A stretch of 63,150 bases of DNA, counting the filler, from Octopus bimaculoides (Eukaryota), in NCBI RefSeq assembly GCF_001194135.2. It is 7 parts of 7 records of this genome, joined end to end, with 100 filler letters (N's around TTAATTAATTAA, not from the genome) between each part and the next. Parts side by side here need not be neighbours in the genome. Positions count along the whole stretch, not along the records: positions 1 to 12,118 come from NC_069006.1; positions 12,219 to 33,534 come from NC_068992.1; 5 more parts are not named here. One strand, written 5' to 3'. This document shows positions 11,016 through 24,005 of the stretch, piece by piece; position 1 is the stretch's first letter, and the number at the start of each line of letters is the position of its first letter. The translations under genes and the position numbers were made by a program. A model generated the notes under the pieces. The model was not told the origin of the DNA. It worked only from the letters and a program-made list of their open reading frames with translations, and did not search any database.

Positions 11016-11737
11016 CACCATCTACAGGCAAAATCTTAGACATGTATACACAGAAGGTAAAACCTTGATGATGACTTGTCCAACGACATATTGGATATAT
11101 ATATTTGAATATATACGCGTATATATATGTGTGTGTATATATGTATCCATGTTCACAGAAATTTGTCTGTTAGTCTATCTCTGTCTCATATCAAAATCTC
11201 CAATGTACTTTCTTCTTATTATCTCGGATGGTTTATAACCATCAGTAATGTCATCTCATTATACCTCACTGACTTTGATATATTAATCTGACAGTAAGTT
11301 TAATCTATACTATTTTCACACCCCTTTCAACTCAAACCAGACAGTATGTCTGCAGTTTCTTTATAAGTCTCTCAACTTCTTTATACATCTCTTTCAAACT
11401 TCTAGACTATAATTATTTGTCACTAAACACAAATCAACCGTTAAAAAGAAAATTAAAAACCGCTAAAACTTATGATGAAGTGATGTTTGCAGAGAGATTG
11501 CGTAACTATCACTGAAACACGTGTAAATATGTTATAAATCAATAAATAATTTAATATTATGATCTCCAAGTGTGTACACCTTATCTGAGCTCTGTGTCGA
11601 TTATAGCCTCCAAGCGTGTAATATAGGATTATCTATGAAATAGCATGAGTTTCTAGGGATCAGTTTTGAAGTGGAATGGAAAATAATGGCGATCAGAGTC
11701 GATGATTGGATGTTATGTACTTTAAAAGACTCTCAAT

Positions 11738-12118
11738 ATCACACACACACACACATGCACTCTCACACACACACACACACACACACACACATGCACTCTC
11801 ATACACACATACACACATGCACTCTCATACACACACACACACACATGCACTCTCATACACACATACACATGCACTCTCATACACACGCACACATGCACTC
11901 TCATACACACATACACACATGCACTCTCATACACACACACAAGCACTCTCATACACACACACACACATGCACTCTCATACACACGCACACATGCACTCTC
12001 ATATACACGCACACATGCACTTTCATACACACACACACACACATGCACTCTCATACACACACACACATGCACTCTCATACACACGCACACATGCACTCTC
12101 ATACACACACACACATGC
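11738..12118. repeat. Compound minisatellite (CA)n-TGCACTCTCATA
   Basis: About 17 units of variable CA length. Confidence 0.9.
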
Positions 12119-12225
12119 NNNNNNNNNNNNNNNNNNNNNNNNNNNNNNNNNNNNNNNNNNNNTTAATTAATTAANNNNNNNNNNNNNNNNNNNNNNNNNN
12201 NNNNNNNNNNNNNNNNNNCATTCGC

Positions 12226-12300
<75 letters not shown>

Positions 12301-12304
<4 letters not shown>

Positions 12305-12605
12305 TAGTTTTATTTTTATAACGTGCTTTCACTTCACTACCGAGCGCAGTTCTGTGTGCCTTGGGTATGTGCTGTGGTTTGCTGTGATGCTCTTATGGTT
12401 ACTGTATTGAAAGTGTTTTGCGTAAGATGTGTGCAGTGCCCAGTAGTGCAATTTCCTGTATGTTATATATATTTGTAAGTCCTGGTGTTTTTGTTATGCA
12501 TTTGTCTGAATATTTTTAAAATTACACCTAAGGCGCCTACTATGATAGGAATTGTTTCTGTTTTTAGATTCCACTGTTTTTAGATTACTTCTATTTCCAG
12601 GAGCT
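12301..12605 (-). mobile_element. R4/Dong-clade 3' end with long (TAA)n tail
   Basis: Colinear with 9313-9610; tail (TTA)n at about 12228-12300 on the plus strand. Confidence 0.9.
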
Positions 12606-13024
12606 GGCAAATCATTAGATCGTCGGAAAGATGTTTTGTTCATTTTTTTCCGCCGGCTTTTTATGTTCTCTGCTGACATGTCACCAAGCTAAAGTTTGCC
12701 TTGCATTTCTCTAGGATGGCTACAGTGTTGTACTAATCACGAACTGGAATTGGTGATATCGACTGACCCATCTCTTAGAAACCGTTGGCTTTGTGTGTAA
12801 ACCAGAAACGAATACTTAGAGGGAATATCATTCGGATCCAAATGTAGCACTGGTCCCTGAAAAATTATTTAACTTAAAAATATATTATGAAATATTCCAT
12901 TCCTAAAACAAGTGGTTTGGACTTTGAAATAGAACACTTAAAAGAAAGTATACATAACGAGATTACAAATAACGACGATATGCTAAAGATATAAACATCG
13001 AAAACGTAATTGAGAGAGAGAGAA

Positions 13025-13075
<51 letters not shown>

Positions 13076-13098
13076 AAGAGAGAGAGNNNNNNNNNNAA

Positions 13099-13170
<72 letters not shown>

Positions 13171-13249
13171 CGATCAAAAAACAAAACTCCACAAATGCAA
13201 ATACTAGAATATTTACAGGAAAATAACCAACAAAAGAGAAACTTGAACA

Positions 13250-14700
13250 TTACAATCAAAAAGTCTAATAAGATGGAATATGTGGAATATTTAAGAATAG
13301 GTCATTCTGAAGTAGGAGAATATCGTACAAGATAATATAAATATGGAAATAATTAAAGAATTATCAACACAAATTTCTAAGTACAAAGTTAAGTTTCTCC
13401 CACGAATAAAACTTAACGCAACCGTGGTCATCAGTCATTTAATGAGAACGGACATGAACATCACTGCATCCAAGTTAAATGAAATAATATAAGTTAGATG
13501 GGTAAATGCTTTTGTCGTATGTTAATATCAAAATCTGAGCCATCGAGAAGGCAACCTGCTATACAAAAAAATAAGAAATTAAAAAAAAAAACACCAAAAT
13601 GTAGAAAATGAAAAAAAGACCTCTCAATCCTTAATGAAATCAATAACGAAGGACACAGCTAAAAAGAAATGCGAAAGAGATAAAGAATACATAAATATAA
13701 ATAGAAAGCGACAAGGATTCTTTGAACGAAACCGACAGTTCGACTCCAAGCAAAAACGACTTTATCAAAAACAAATAAACGTAAAATAGAAATCAATGTT
13801 GTGCCAAAAGCAACAGACAGAGAAAAATTTGAGGAAGAGTCATGGATAGTAAAGGAATTAAGAACACTAACATTATGTTAGATAAAGAAACAGAGATAGA
13901 GAGGAACATGCGTAAAAAATACTTAAATAATCAATGGACGAGAAAGAATTTAGCATTCCCAAACGCGTGCAAGAATAGCTCAAGAACGAATATTATCGAT
14001 ATATTAGACTAATAGTTAAAACGGAGTCAAATGCAGTATACATATATACTTCATCATTATTTAACATCCCTTTTTCAATACATATATACATGCACACACT
14101 CGCACGCACGTACGCATTCACGCACACATACACACACATATACACATATACATACTGTAATGGACGTAAATACACTAAAAGTTGGAAAAAATTGCAAAAA
14201 TTTATAATATTCCTGAACTGAAGCTAAATAAAATAGCCAGAGGAAAGCAAGAAATATAATTCTATTCGGAAAACACACGCCAATATCTAGTAAGAATACG
14301 TATACAGAAAACTCTTGTGCAATTAGAAATCTATTATAAAACATCTGCGGCAGCAATTTCAAAGCTATGGACAAAATCACAATGTGAAATTATATCATGT
14401 CTTCGAAACAAGAAAAATAAGAACCAATTTCTGACTGTATACAAATGAAATACAGGTTTGTAGGGAAATATGGAAGAAAAATATCTAAAATATAAACTAT
14501 ATCTGGATTACAGGTTCAAAAATGGAAAAGGCTTTAGACGCCCTATACAGTCAAAAGAATTTATATCGAAACAACAGGGTACAAAATGCTTTGAATTGGC
14601 TGGAAAGGGTCATATAAAAATTTGAATATGGCCTTTGAACCGCAGGACTCAAAATTAAAGAATTCTGGATTGCAGCACAGGATCATGGCTCTCTTACAAT
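13250..14700 (+). mobile_element. Ancient, heavily decayed R4/Dong-like element
   Basis: Residual motifs NRKRQGFFERNRQFDSKQKRLYQK (about 13700-13770) and AGLKIKEFWIAAQDH (14640-14690), the latter aligning with SGLKAETEGFLIAAQDQ at 160-215. Confidence 0.55.
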
Positions 14701-14732
14701 AAGTCACCGCAGACATGAGATGAAGTTGCAAA

Positions 14733-14817
14733 TAATCCTTTCTACTATAGGCACAAGGCCTGAAATTGTGTGGCAGAGACCAGACGATTACATCGACCCA
14801 GTGTTTCACTGGTAATC
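14733..14817 (-). mobile_element. SINE family B 3' fragment
   Basis: TAATCCTTTCTACTATAGGCACAAGGCCTGAAATT..GATTACATCGACCC. Confidence 0.8.
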
Positions 14818-16961
14818 AATATTATTCCCATTATGAGTGGGCAAGCTCTTTCTTAGTATAAGAAACCCTGCTGCGAAATACGTTCTTGTGCGTTAAGCTA
14901 AGGGCTCCATTGTTGAAGCGACCAGCTGTAAGTTTAAACGTGTATGTTTGTATGTTTTAATGTATTTATTAGTTTATCCTTTCGTGTCATAATCTTAGGG
15001 TGGAAGGGAAAAAGATTGTTGATGATGCACCGAATAAATGCTCTCAACTACTCCCCTTCATGCCACCGATTATGAGAAAGAAACTGGGCGGGACAAAGGA
15101 GAAACAACTTAACCAATATTTGGCCGGCTTTTTACTTTACCAGTAGTGATTAAAAGCAAAGATAATCTCGACGGGATTTGAACTCGGAGTGCAGTGATAG
15201 GCTGCAAATGCTGTAAGGCATTATAGTCGACGCTCTTACATTTGTAACAATTTACTTGCTTTAACATTTAAGTGGCGGGCATATGTGTGTCAATGCTTTC
15301 ATCTTTTACTAAATGTGTATCTGCCTTTTCTTATATATGTGTGCGCGAGCGTGTGAGTGCAGGTAAGTGTGGCTGTTTGTATGTGTGTGTGTGTATGTCT
15401 GTGTGTGTGTGTGTGTTTTTGTGTGTGGTCTACGTGAATCTGTAGACAAAGGCTTCGTCTTTGTATCACTATATTCAGGTTCAAGATGGAGTCAAGGTCA
15501 GTCTCTTGCTAATTACTAATTGTGTTATCTGTATGGAAGTGCGAGCATGTGTGCGCGCGTGTGTGTACTTATCTCCCTGTGTGTTTCTCTGGGTGTGTGT
15601 GGAGTGGTGTCTAGGGTGGTGGTGGTGGTGTGTGTGTCTGTATTTCTGTGTATGAATAAGAGTGAGAGCTTGTGTGTGCATGCGGGTGTTTTGTGTATGT
15701 GGTGTGTGTGTATATAAACTTGTTTCTGTTTGTATGAAAATTTGGCTGCGAGAATGATGTATGGAAACGTGCGTGTATACAATTAACGAAGTAGGTTTTC
15801 AACTTACCTATCGGCGCAACTTCTTCATCAGTATTATACCAAATCGAATCGAACCAAAGCGACAATCGCCAGATTAATTGGCTGTGTTGGATGTGACGTT
15901 AACACACTTTTGATTGACTTAATCTCTTATGTCCGTTTGAGAACGTTAGATACTTATTAAAAGCCACTTCATTTGATATCACAAGATAATTTGATTTAAT
16001 AAGATAATTTAAGACACACACACACACACACACATAGAATATATTACATACATATATATCGCATATATATNNNNNNNNNNNNNNNNNNNNNNNNNNNNNN
16101 NNNNNNNNNNNNNNNNNNNNNNNNNNNNNNNNNNNNNNNNNNNNNNNNNNNNNNNNNNNNNNNNNNNNNNNNNNNNNNNNNNNNNNNNNNNNNNNATATA
16201 TATATGCGTCTGTGTGTGTGCGCACCCTCCCCATATATGTTCATCTATGTAGGTTGTTAAAGGCGCCTCAGTCTATATGTGATGTTACTACAAATAATCA
16301 TGTGATAATGAACTCTATAAATTTTGATAACTGTTTACAAGATTTTTTTCATAATTCTTTCATTCTTTTCTTAAAATGAGAGAAAAGAATGAGAATGCTG
16401 TTAGAAACAAAGAGATCGAAACTGAAATTGTCTACAAATGAAACTTTACTTTATAATATATCCTAGATTTTTTTTTTGTAAAATTCATATTTGGATTTTG
16501 TAATTTATTTATTTATTTATTTATATATTTATTTTTTGCATTTCACTAAATCTCAGCATCGTTCGGAAACGTCGTTTGTGGTGAAAACAATGATATTTTC
16601 GTCTAATGTTTTCTCATTTGGTTTGAGTTCTAAAACGTTGAATTAATTCATTCACGCTATATCTGTAAATGAAGAGAGAGAATTCTCTTCCACCTCACCT
16701 AATACAGATCCTGCATAGAAGGCTAGATAGTAAAGAAAAAAAAAACTTTCCATTTGTTTCTGTTATATATTCTATAGTACTTCTCATTCCTTCAACGATA
16801 AATGTGCATGGGTTGTACCGAAAATAATGCGAAAGCATGCATAACTTATTATTGACATACGCCATAGAGATTGTAGAGATTGTACATACTAGGTTGAGTA
16901 ACTTTTGCTCTGTAGCATCTCTTGTTTCCGCCTTTCTTCGCAGGGAAAACGGGTTTCAGGA

Positions 16962-17085
16962 AAAAGCAGCGTGCTGCCATTGTTTTTTCGACAACGCAAG
17001 GAAGCAAGCTGTCCGACATCCACAAATATTTACACAGAGGTCCCTTTATGAAGATGATCCCAAGAGTAATGTGTACGTACACATG
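16962..17085 (+). mobile_element. Decayed mariner-type transposase N-terminal HTH
   Basis: KQRAAIVFSTTQGSKLSDIHKYLH then shifted LYEDD..SNVY, resembling QRAVIxFL..G....IH..L..VYG. Confidence 0.45.
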
Positions 17086-19010
17086 AAGACGTAAAGTAGA
17101 GACCTCTGGAGTAGCGAGAGAATTGGCTAAATTGTAGTGCTGATCAAAGGTCGGTGCATAATAGCGAGTGACTTCTTGTCAATCGGCCGAGGGGCTCTTT
17201 CGGAGGATACACTCCAAAATACCTGCGTTTGTATGAGTGGTACCGTTTTGTATGTGTAGTAAGTACAATATTCCATTTGGGATCTCACTCTGGTATTGAT
17301 AGAGATGTAGAAGCTCTTAAGAGCTGAAATATTTCTTGGCTCTTAAGAGGAAGTCTAGTTTTTGTGATAATTATTTTTGTCTACGCAAGTGATATAAATT
17401 CAACAGGAGTAATTGTGAGACCGAGCATTTGTATTAACATTGAGTGTTTGAAATGTACTGGGGTGGAATGCTTCGGTTTTGTGAGCAGTGATAGTGTCTT
17501 TGTACCGTTAAAGAAAAAATGGCATAGCATTGGAGGTATAATTACAAAAGGCAACACAGACAATTCCGAGAAGAGAGAAATAAATATAAAGAAATAAGAA
17601 CTGAATCCAGTACTTTAATTATATATTATTTATTAAAGCATAAACTCGAAGTAAATCTAGGCAAGTAGTTTCGAACTCAAAGTGCAGAGAGTCGAAGCAA
17701 ATATAACAAGTCATTCTATCCAACATTTTAACATCTGTACTAATTCGCCATAATGTAAGCCAGTGAAGTATCGGCCATTAAATCCACTCCAACACGCGGA
17801 CAGCTCTTACTCAGAATCGATGATAAGAGAAATTAACAAGGCATCCACAGTAGGGTTTTGTACACAAGAACGTTAAGTAGGTAAACCAAAACACTTAATT
17901 TTTAAAAAAATGCATAGAAACTGATGCTCTATTGTTTCTCGCCATTCCGCTGCGAATAATTTTTTTAGGAATATAATTAAAACGTTAGCAAGCGATTGTG
18001 CACTTTTCATCTTCTTTTAGCGTTAAATTATATGAAGTAGTTCTTAATCGACAAATATATTGAAGAAATATGAGCGTATGCTCCAGCCAATTGGATCAAC
18101 TAAAACGATGATAATGAAAACAAAGGACTTGTATTTTCAATTGAATGGCATCACGAGGACATCATTCTTAATACAATCGAGTTCTTTCTCAAATCAACTT
18201 CGAAATCGCTCTCAATGCAAAATGATATTTGTTTTTTCTTTTTTAAAAAAAATCTTTTTGTACTCACTTTACGACTAATGAGTAGTTGGTTGAGGGTCGT
18301 TGACACCTTTCATTTGCAATGTCTTCTCTCTTGTCTAAGAATAGAATAAAGAGACAAATAAACGTAATAATCTGCAAATCTTTCTTTAACCCCTTTATGT
18401 TCAATTACCGTTAAAGAATGATCCAAAGAAGTAGACCTCTACATAACCATTCAATCTGCTAGAAATAGCTGCCAAATTCGTTTCACCTCTCTAATTTACG
18501 GTATTAGATAGACTTTTGTATTATAGGAACAAAGCCTAGTTGTTTTAAAAGTAATTAAAGTCGATCGAGTCTACCTCAGTTTTTACTGGAATATTATTTT
18601 AATCTATTTGAGTGGATAAAGTGTTGCACAACACAGAATTTACTTTTCACGCTTTTCAATGCTGTGCAACCAGGGACGCGACAGAGCTTGAGACAACAAG
18701 GAGCTGGCTGCATTTCAGGTTCTTTATACGAGTTTACTTTCTTCTAGAAGAACGAAGATCTAACGAAGATTAAGGACCCTTCATTTCTAATGGTTCACAT
18801 GCTAATTAACTTGTAGCTGGGACCTAACAAATGCTACTACTTCGGATCTGAGTAGACCTGGAGACAACATTTGCTAAGAGATGGTTCTACACTTTTGAAA
18901 TTTCAGGAACTCCCATACTAGGACCCTACTACGAGATGCACTTTAAGGTCTTGCATACATACACAAAGTCAACCCTAAATATGATATTAGTGAGAGAAGC
19001 AGAATTAATA

Positions 19011-19427
19011 CTGAGAGAAAATATTTATCCCCACTTAAACGTGTATGTTCTGCTTGAACACAATGTTCTGCGGTAGATATCATGAGAGAAACTCGCACAT
19101 TGGCCTTAGGTGCTAGATGCTCGTTTATTTTTAGGGAGATAAATCCCCATCGCCTCCAGCACCAAGACCACCAGATCGGATGATTTCGACATTCTTTGGT
19201 TTCTTCAATGATGGACGCTCGACTACTAGAGATAGCAGCGACTCGTCTTCCCGACACCGATATATAGAAGTGGAGATAGCGAGGATTTATCTCCCCGCAA
19301 GTAATATAAACAAGAGTGCATTTTGCACCAAAGGCTAATATGAGAGTTTCTCTCGTGGTAACTGCCGCAGTATAATTAGTTCTAACAGAACGTTCGCGTT
19401 TAAGCGGAGATAAATTTTACCTCTCAG
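19011..19427. mobile_element. Old MITE-like foldback element, about 135-bp imperfect arms
   Basis: CTGAGAG/CTCTCAG termini; GAGAGAAAC/GTTTCTCTC and GGAGATAAATCC/GGATTTATCTCC mirror pairs; arms 19011-19146 and 19283-19427. Confidence 0.7.
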
Positions 19428-19558
19428 CCACAAATGTTGCTTAAATTTCAGTCACTGGACTGTGACCATCGAGAAGCACCGCATGGAAGAGTTTTCACCG
19501 AAGACATCAACTTCAGTGAATATTATTAAACATTAGTTACCTCGGGAAAAATACGTTA

Positions 19559-19770
19559 CTCTTTTACTCTTTTACTTGTTTCAGTCATTTGACCGCGGCC
19601 ATGCTGGAGCACCGCCTTTTGTCGACAAAGGGCGGTGCTCCAGCATGGCCGCGGTCAAATGACTGAAACAAGCAAAAGAATACACTATCGGTGTCTTTTT
19701 GCCGAACCCCTAGGTTACGGGAACGTATACAAACCAACATCAGTTGTCAAGCGTTGGTAGGACAATCACA
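19559..19770 (-). mobile_element. SINE family A 3' half containing a foldback palindrome; head absent
   Basis: Tail (CTTTTACT)n at 19559; body resumes CTATCGGTGTCTTTTTGCCGAACC at about 19685. Confidence 0.9.
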
Positions 19771-19773
19771 CAT

Positions 19774-19804
<31 letters not shown>

Positions 19805-20727
19805 CATACACACGCACGCATACACACTCACACGCACGCACACACACACACACACACATACACGCGCGCGTGCATTTATATATATATGTATGTGTGTATG
19901 TACACACACACATGTGTGTGAGTACTTAATTTTTGTATTAAGTGAATTAAGTAGAATATAGATAGAAGCGCTGATATTTGTTGTTCATAATCCATTATTA
20001 AAGATGAATATCTCTACAGCCATTATCTAATGTTTGACAACTAGTCGTACTTCAGATGACATTTAAATAAAGGAAACTTTTGGCAAAGAAAATCTGTAAT
20101 GAGTTCAGCGAAGTTGTTTACATTGCTGAATAGTGAGACACTTGACTACTTCTGGTGAATCAATTAATTCTTATCTTCAAGCTAGATAATACCTCGGGAA
20201 AAATACGTTATATTAGCATTATTTCAATAAGATATTTGTTTCTTTGCTTAACACATTGAAATTATGCCGCAAGGTACATGTGATCTCTTGCCTTCTATGT
20301 AGAATTTGCTCATATGTGTGTTATTTTTGTTGTGGTTGTTGTTGTAGTTGTTGTTGTTTTTACGTTCTAGGTCAGATCTGAATGAAACGCATGGACAACA
20401 GCCTAGAAGCTGCGCTTTTCACTCGTTTTGTTTAGGTAGCGCGGATCGAGAGCCATGATATCATATGTAGTGTTTCTCTTGTCAGTTGTGAGGGACATTA
20501 GGTTGCTATTAATAATAACAACGTCAAAACTATTATCGCAAGCATTACAAGGATTATGATATGAACACCTTCTCTGCGATATCAGCAAACATTTGCTCGA
20601 ATTTGCTTGCTCGCACGCAAGATATCGACGAGATGTAGAGGCTTCCGACCTTGCAGAGAAAATTCACGCATAAAACAAACAGAATATGTAGATGAATATG
20701 CAAAATGTATATCTGCAATTTATACGA

Positions 20728-20800
<73 letters not shown>

Positions 20801-20802
<2 letters not shown>

Positions 20803-20926
20803 CCTACGCAAAACACTTTCAATAAGTGACCATAAGAGCATCACAGCAAACCACAGCACATACCCAAGGAACACAGAGCTGCGCTCGGTAGTGAAGTGAA
20901 AGCACGTTATAAAAATAAAATTACTG

Positions 20927-20927
<1 letters not shown>
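20801..20927 (+). mobile_element. R4/Dong 3'-terminal 127 bp in (TAA)n
   Basis: ATCCTACGCAAAACACTTTC (ILRKTLS, ORF end) to AAATTACTG; (AAT)n on both sides. Confidence 0.9.
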
Positions 20928-20984
<57 letters not shown>

Positions 20985-20994
20985 NNNNNNNNNN

Positions 20995-21036
<42 letters not shown>

Positions 21037-21053
21037 TAATAATAATAATATTA

Positions 21054-21181
21054 ATCCTACGCAAAACACTTTCAATACAGTAACCATAAGAGCATCACAG
21101 CAAACCCCAGCACATACCCAAGGCACACAGAGCTGCGCTCGGTAGTGAAGTAAAAGCGCGTTATAAAAATAAAATTACTGA
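21054..21181 (+). mobile_element. R4/Dong 3'-terminal 127 bp in (TAA)n, second copy
   Basis: Same start and end as 20801-20927, with several substitutions. Confidence 0.9.
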
Positions 21182-21189
21182 ATAATAAA

Positions 21190-21221
<32 letters not shown>

Positions 21222-21234
21222 CAACAATAATAAT

Positions 21235-21350
21235 TGCCCTGATGCAGTACCTAAAAGTGGTTCTCATTGTTTCTGATCTTATCTGACTTGATGTGTTATG
21301 TACATTGTTTTTGTCTTAGTACAAAAGATGCACTAACGCAAATATTCTGC
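21235..21350 (+). mobile_element. 5' fragment of the 560-bp (TAA)n-flanked element
   Basis: TGCCCTGATGCAGTACC..GTCTTAGTACAAAAGATG..GCAAATATTCTGC matches the reverse complement of 9160-9276. Confidence 0.75.
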
Positions 21351-21936
21351 GTCATTGCGTCATTGAGTTCCTAGATCAGACGTCCAAATGTGAGCATGAG
21401 GACAGGCATTGCAATAGTGTTGTGGGCGATACGCTTGGTGCAAGCTGAGAGTTCAGATGACGTAGTTATTTTACCTTTCTCTATGTAATGTTTATTATGT
21501 ATGCATATATATGTGTGTAAGTAATAGATTTATGTCTATGTACATACATACAGAAGCACCTGTCTATCTGTCTATCTCTCTATATATTTGCATGTGAATT
21601 TGTGTTTATATCAAACCTTCATAGTCTATTACATATATACGTATTGCACACTGTGATAAACAGATATCTTTAAATACATGCAACAATAATACTTGATCAT
21701 TAAGATAACTGTCAAGACAGAAATGTAAATTTTGAGTGACGTTTTAATAGCAAAGTGACGTACCCATGATTCAACGTGGCAATACTATTATTCAAATATA
21801 ATAGCATATAAATATTCCATGCATTATATGAAACAGGAGATAATTTGCGCTTATTTGCTGAAAGGATATAAACTGAGTGTATGAAAGTATATATGTGTAT
21901 ACGTATATGTATATATAAATATATACATCTCCCTCC

Positions 21937-22014
<78 letters not shown>

Positions 22015-22548
22015 GAGTGTATGTATTATACGTATGCAAGTGTATGCAACTCACATATATATTACAATAGTGTACTTTGAATGAAGCTTTGTGTGATACA
22101 GGAGTTAAAATTATTTAAAAGCGAAGTGTAGCTCTAATTGTAAACGTCGCAGGAAAAACAGTTCTAAAGACAGTAACAGTTTTTACAATACGTTGTATCT
22201 CGGTGTTTCAGCTAGTGTTATAATATCCGATCCGCTTTCGGGTAGTTTGTGTCGTTTGCGGATAAATGAATTCAGTTTATTTATGTGGAAGTCATATGTA
22301 ATACACAAATTACTAATTTTATCTTTGTAATAATAATGATGATTTTGCGAGTTCGTTCGCGATGGACCAGTGGTGTAGATAGAGTGTATGGACCTCTACA
22401 AAAATACATATAGTTCAGTGACTTAGTCTTAAAGTTTATATATATATATATATATATCATGAATGAGGGAAACGGAAAATGGATTTATCAAGAATCCTTA
22501 TTCAACACAATGATCGTCTCGACCCGTCCTTGCTGGTGTCATATTGTA

Positions 22549-23387
22549 CAGCTGGTTGTGTTGCATCCTTCAGTGCAAGCTGTGTCTGGTCAGATGTCTC
22601 ATTTAAATAATATACCTTTCTACATATACTGTGTTTCGCCCGGCATGTTGTGATCACCTGTAGTGTGTATATGTAGTGTGGTATCTTATGTCGATGAGAC
22701 ACCTTATTGCGCCTCATTTAAATTGTCGCTCCATAATCAATTGTAATTTCTAACACCTTCCATTGTGCGTAATTCTGAACGTGAACTGCATTGGATTCAT
22801 GATCGGATATTCAAGGATTCAGTTTCCACCATACGTGGAATCAATCCTCAGAATTAAATTTCGAGTTACTTCTGTCTGAAAACAGTTTGCAACAAGAGCA
22901 GTAAAGTCCTTCCTTGAAAGGGGAATATACCTTCCATGATCTCAACATTTTTTCGTCATTTGGTAGAATTAAAAAAGAATAAACAACTCACGTGTTAGGC
23001 TTCTGGGTTGTTCTTTGGTTGACACACCTTAATGAATTACTTCACCAAAATCAGAACCTAGATTTTGAACCAGAGACGCACTTTGGCGTTCCATAAAGAA
23101 CCGTGTGTTATTGCTAATTTTGCTTGGCTATAGACCAACATTTTTTATGTCTACTCTGTCCGCAGCTGGTCTCGAAATATTTTCTTCCTCATGTTCTTCA
23201 TTAACTGCAGGAGTTGAAATTGACGAATCGCTTGAAGTTGAATTCATTGTGGTCACAGGTAGTTAATACATACTATAGGTGACTACAACATGCCGATCGA
23301 AGCACAGTATATGTAGTGAGGTATATTATTTAAATGAGACATCTGATGAGACACAGCTTGCATTGATGGATGCAAAACAACCAGCTG
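22549..23387 (-). mobile_element. hAT-superfamily remnant (TTF-type zinc finger) bracketed by 122-bp inverted repeats
   Basis: Minus frame 22960-22742: LPNDEKMLRSWKVYSPFKEGLYCSCCKLF..*FHVWWKLNP*ISDHESNAVHVQNYAQWK (ZnF_TTF/ZMYM1-like); arms 22549-22670 and 23266-23387. Confidence 0.8.
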
Positions 23388-24005
23388 GAAATAAAAATCA
23401 TTGACTTGTCCATCACAATTCCGTCGATGTTCAGCTTCTTGACTTTTATATAATGGTTGTTTGTCATGATTTCTGCTAATTACCCCTGCATATTGAAAAA
23501 CAATCACATGAGTGAGATTTTACTGAAACATTTCTTGTAACTTAAATCATTATCTTCAACTTCATTCGATTATGGACATTGGTTTGCATCTGTCGTGCTT
23601 CTGTTTGATTGCTGTCCATGACGTAAACCTGTGAAAATTGTAAAGCTCCTTAAGTCGTACGAGAATGCTGCTCATTAAATCACAGTACCGTCTCTGAAAT
23701 TTATAAGTCATAAAATTTCTAAAGTCCGTTATGTTGTTTTTTTCCTAGCTACAAATAATGTTATTTCAAATGCTCAATTGTGTTTTTGAGGTAGCTTTTG
23801 ATGTGTCATGCTTCTAGAAGCTAATTCATGCAAATTTGAGGAAGCGCTTGTATTGTTTGAAAGTTAACTTGCCTTCTGAGGTGTATAAACTTGATAATTC
23901 AGTAGGGCCACATCTTGACACTATACTGTTGATAGGATTTGCATAATTATTGTATGGCAATTTAAGAGCTGCTGCTGTAATACATGTATAGTCATAAAAA
24001 AAAAA

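Noticed and set aside
12163-12174. TTAATTAATTAA recurring six times (12163, 33579, 45446, 51707, 55878, 59180)
   Set aside because: Always embedded in N runs as a roughly 100-bp block with stops in all six frames: an assembly spacer. Adjacency across these joins is unreliable.
15805-15885. Minus-strand exon ending at a perfect ATAG|GTAAGT donor
   Set aside because: No credible acceptor and no recognisable peptide.
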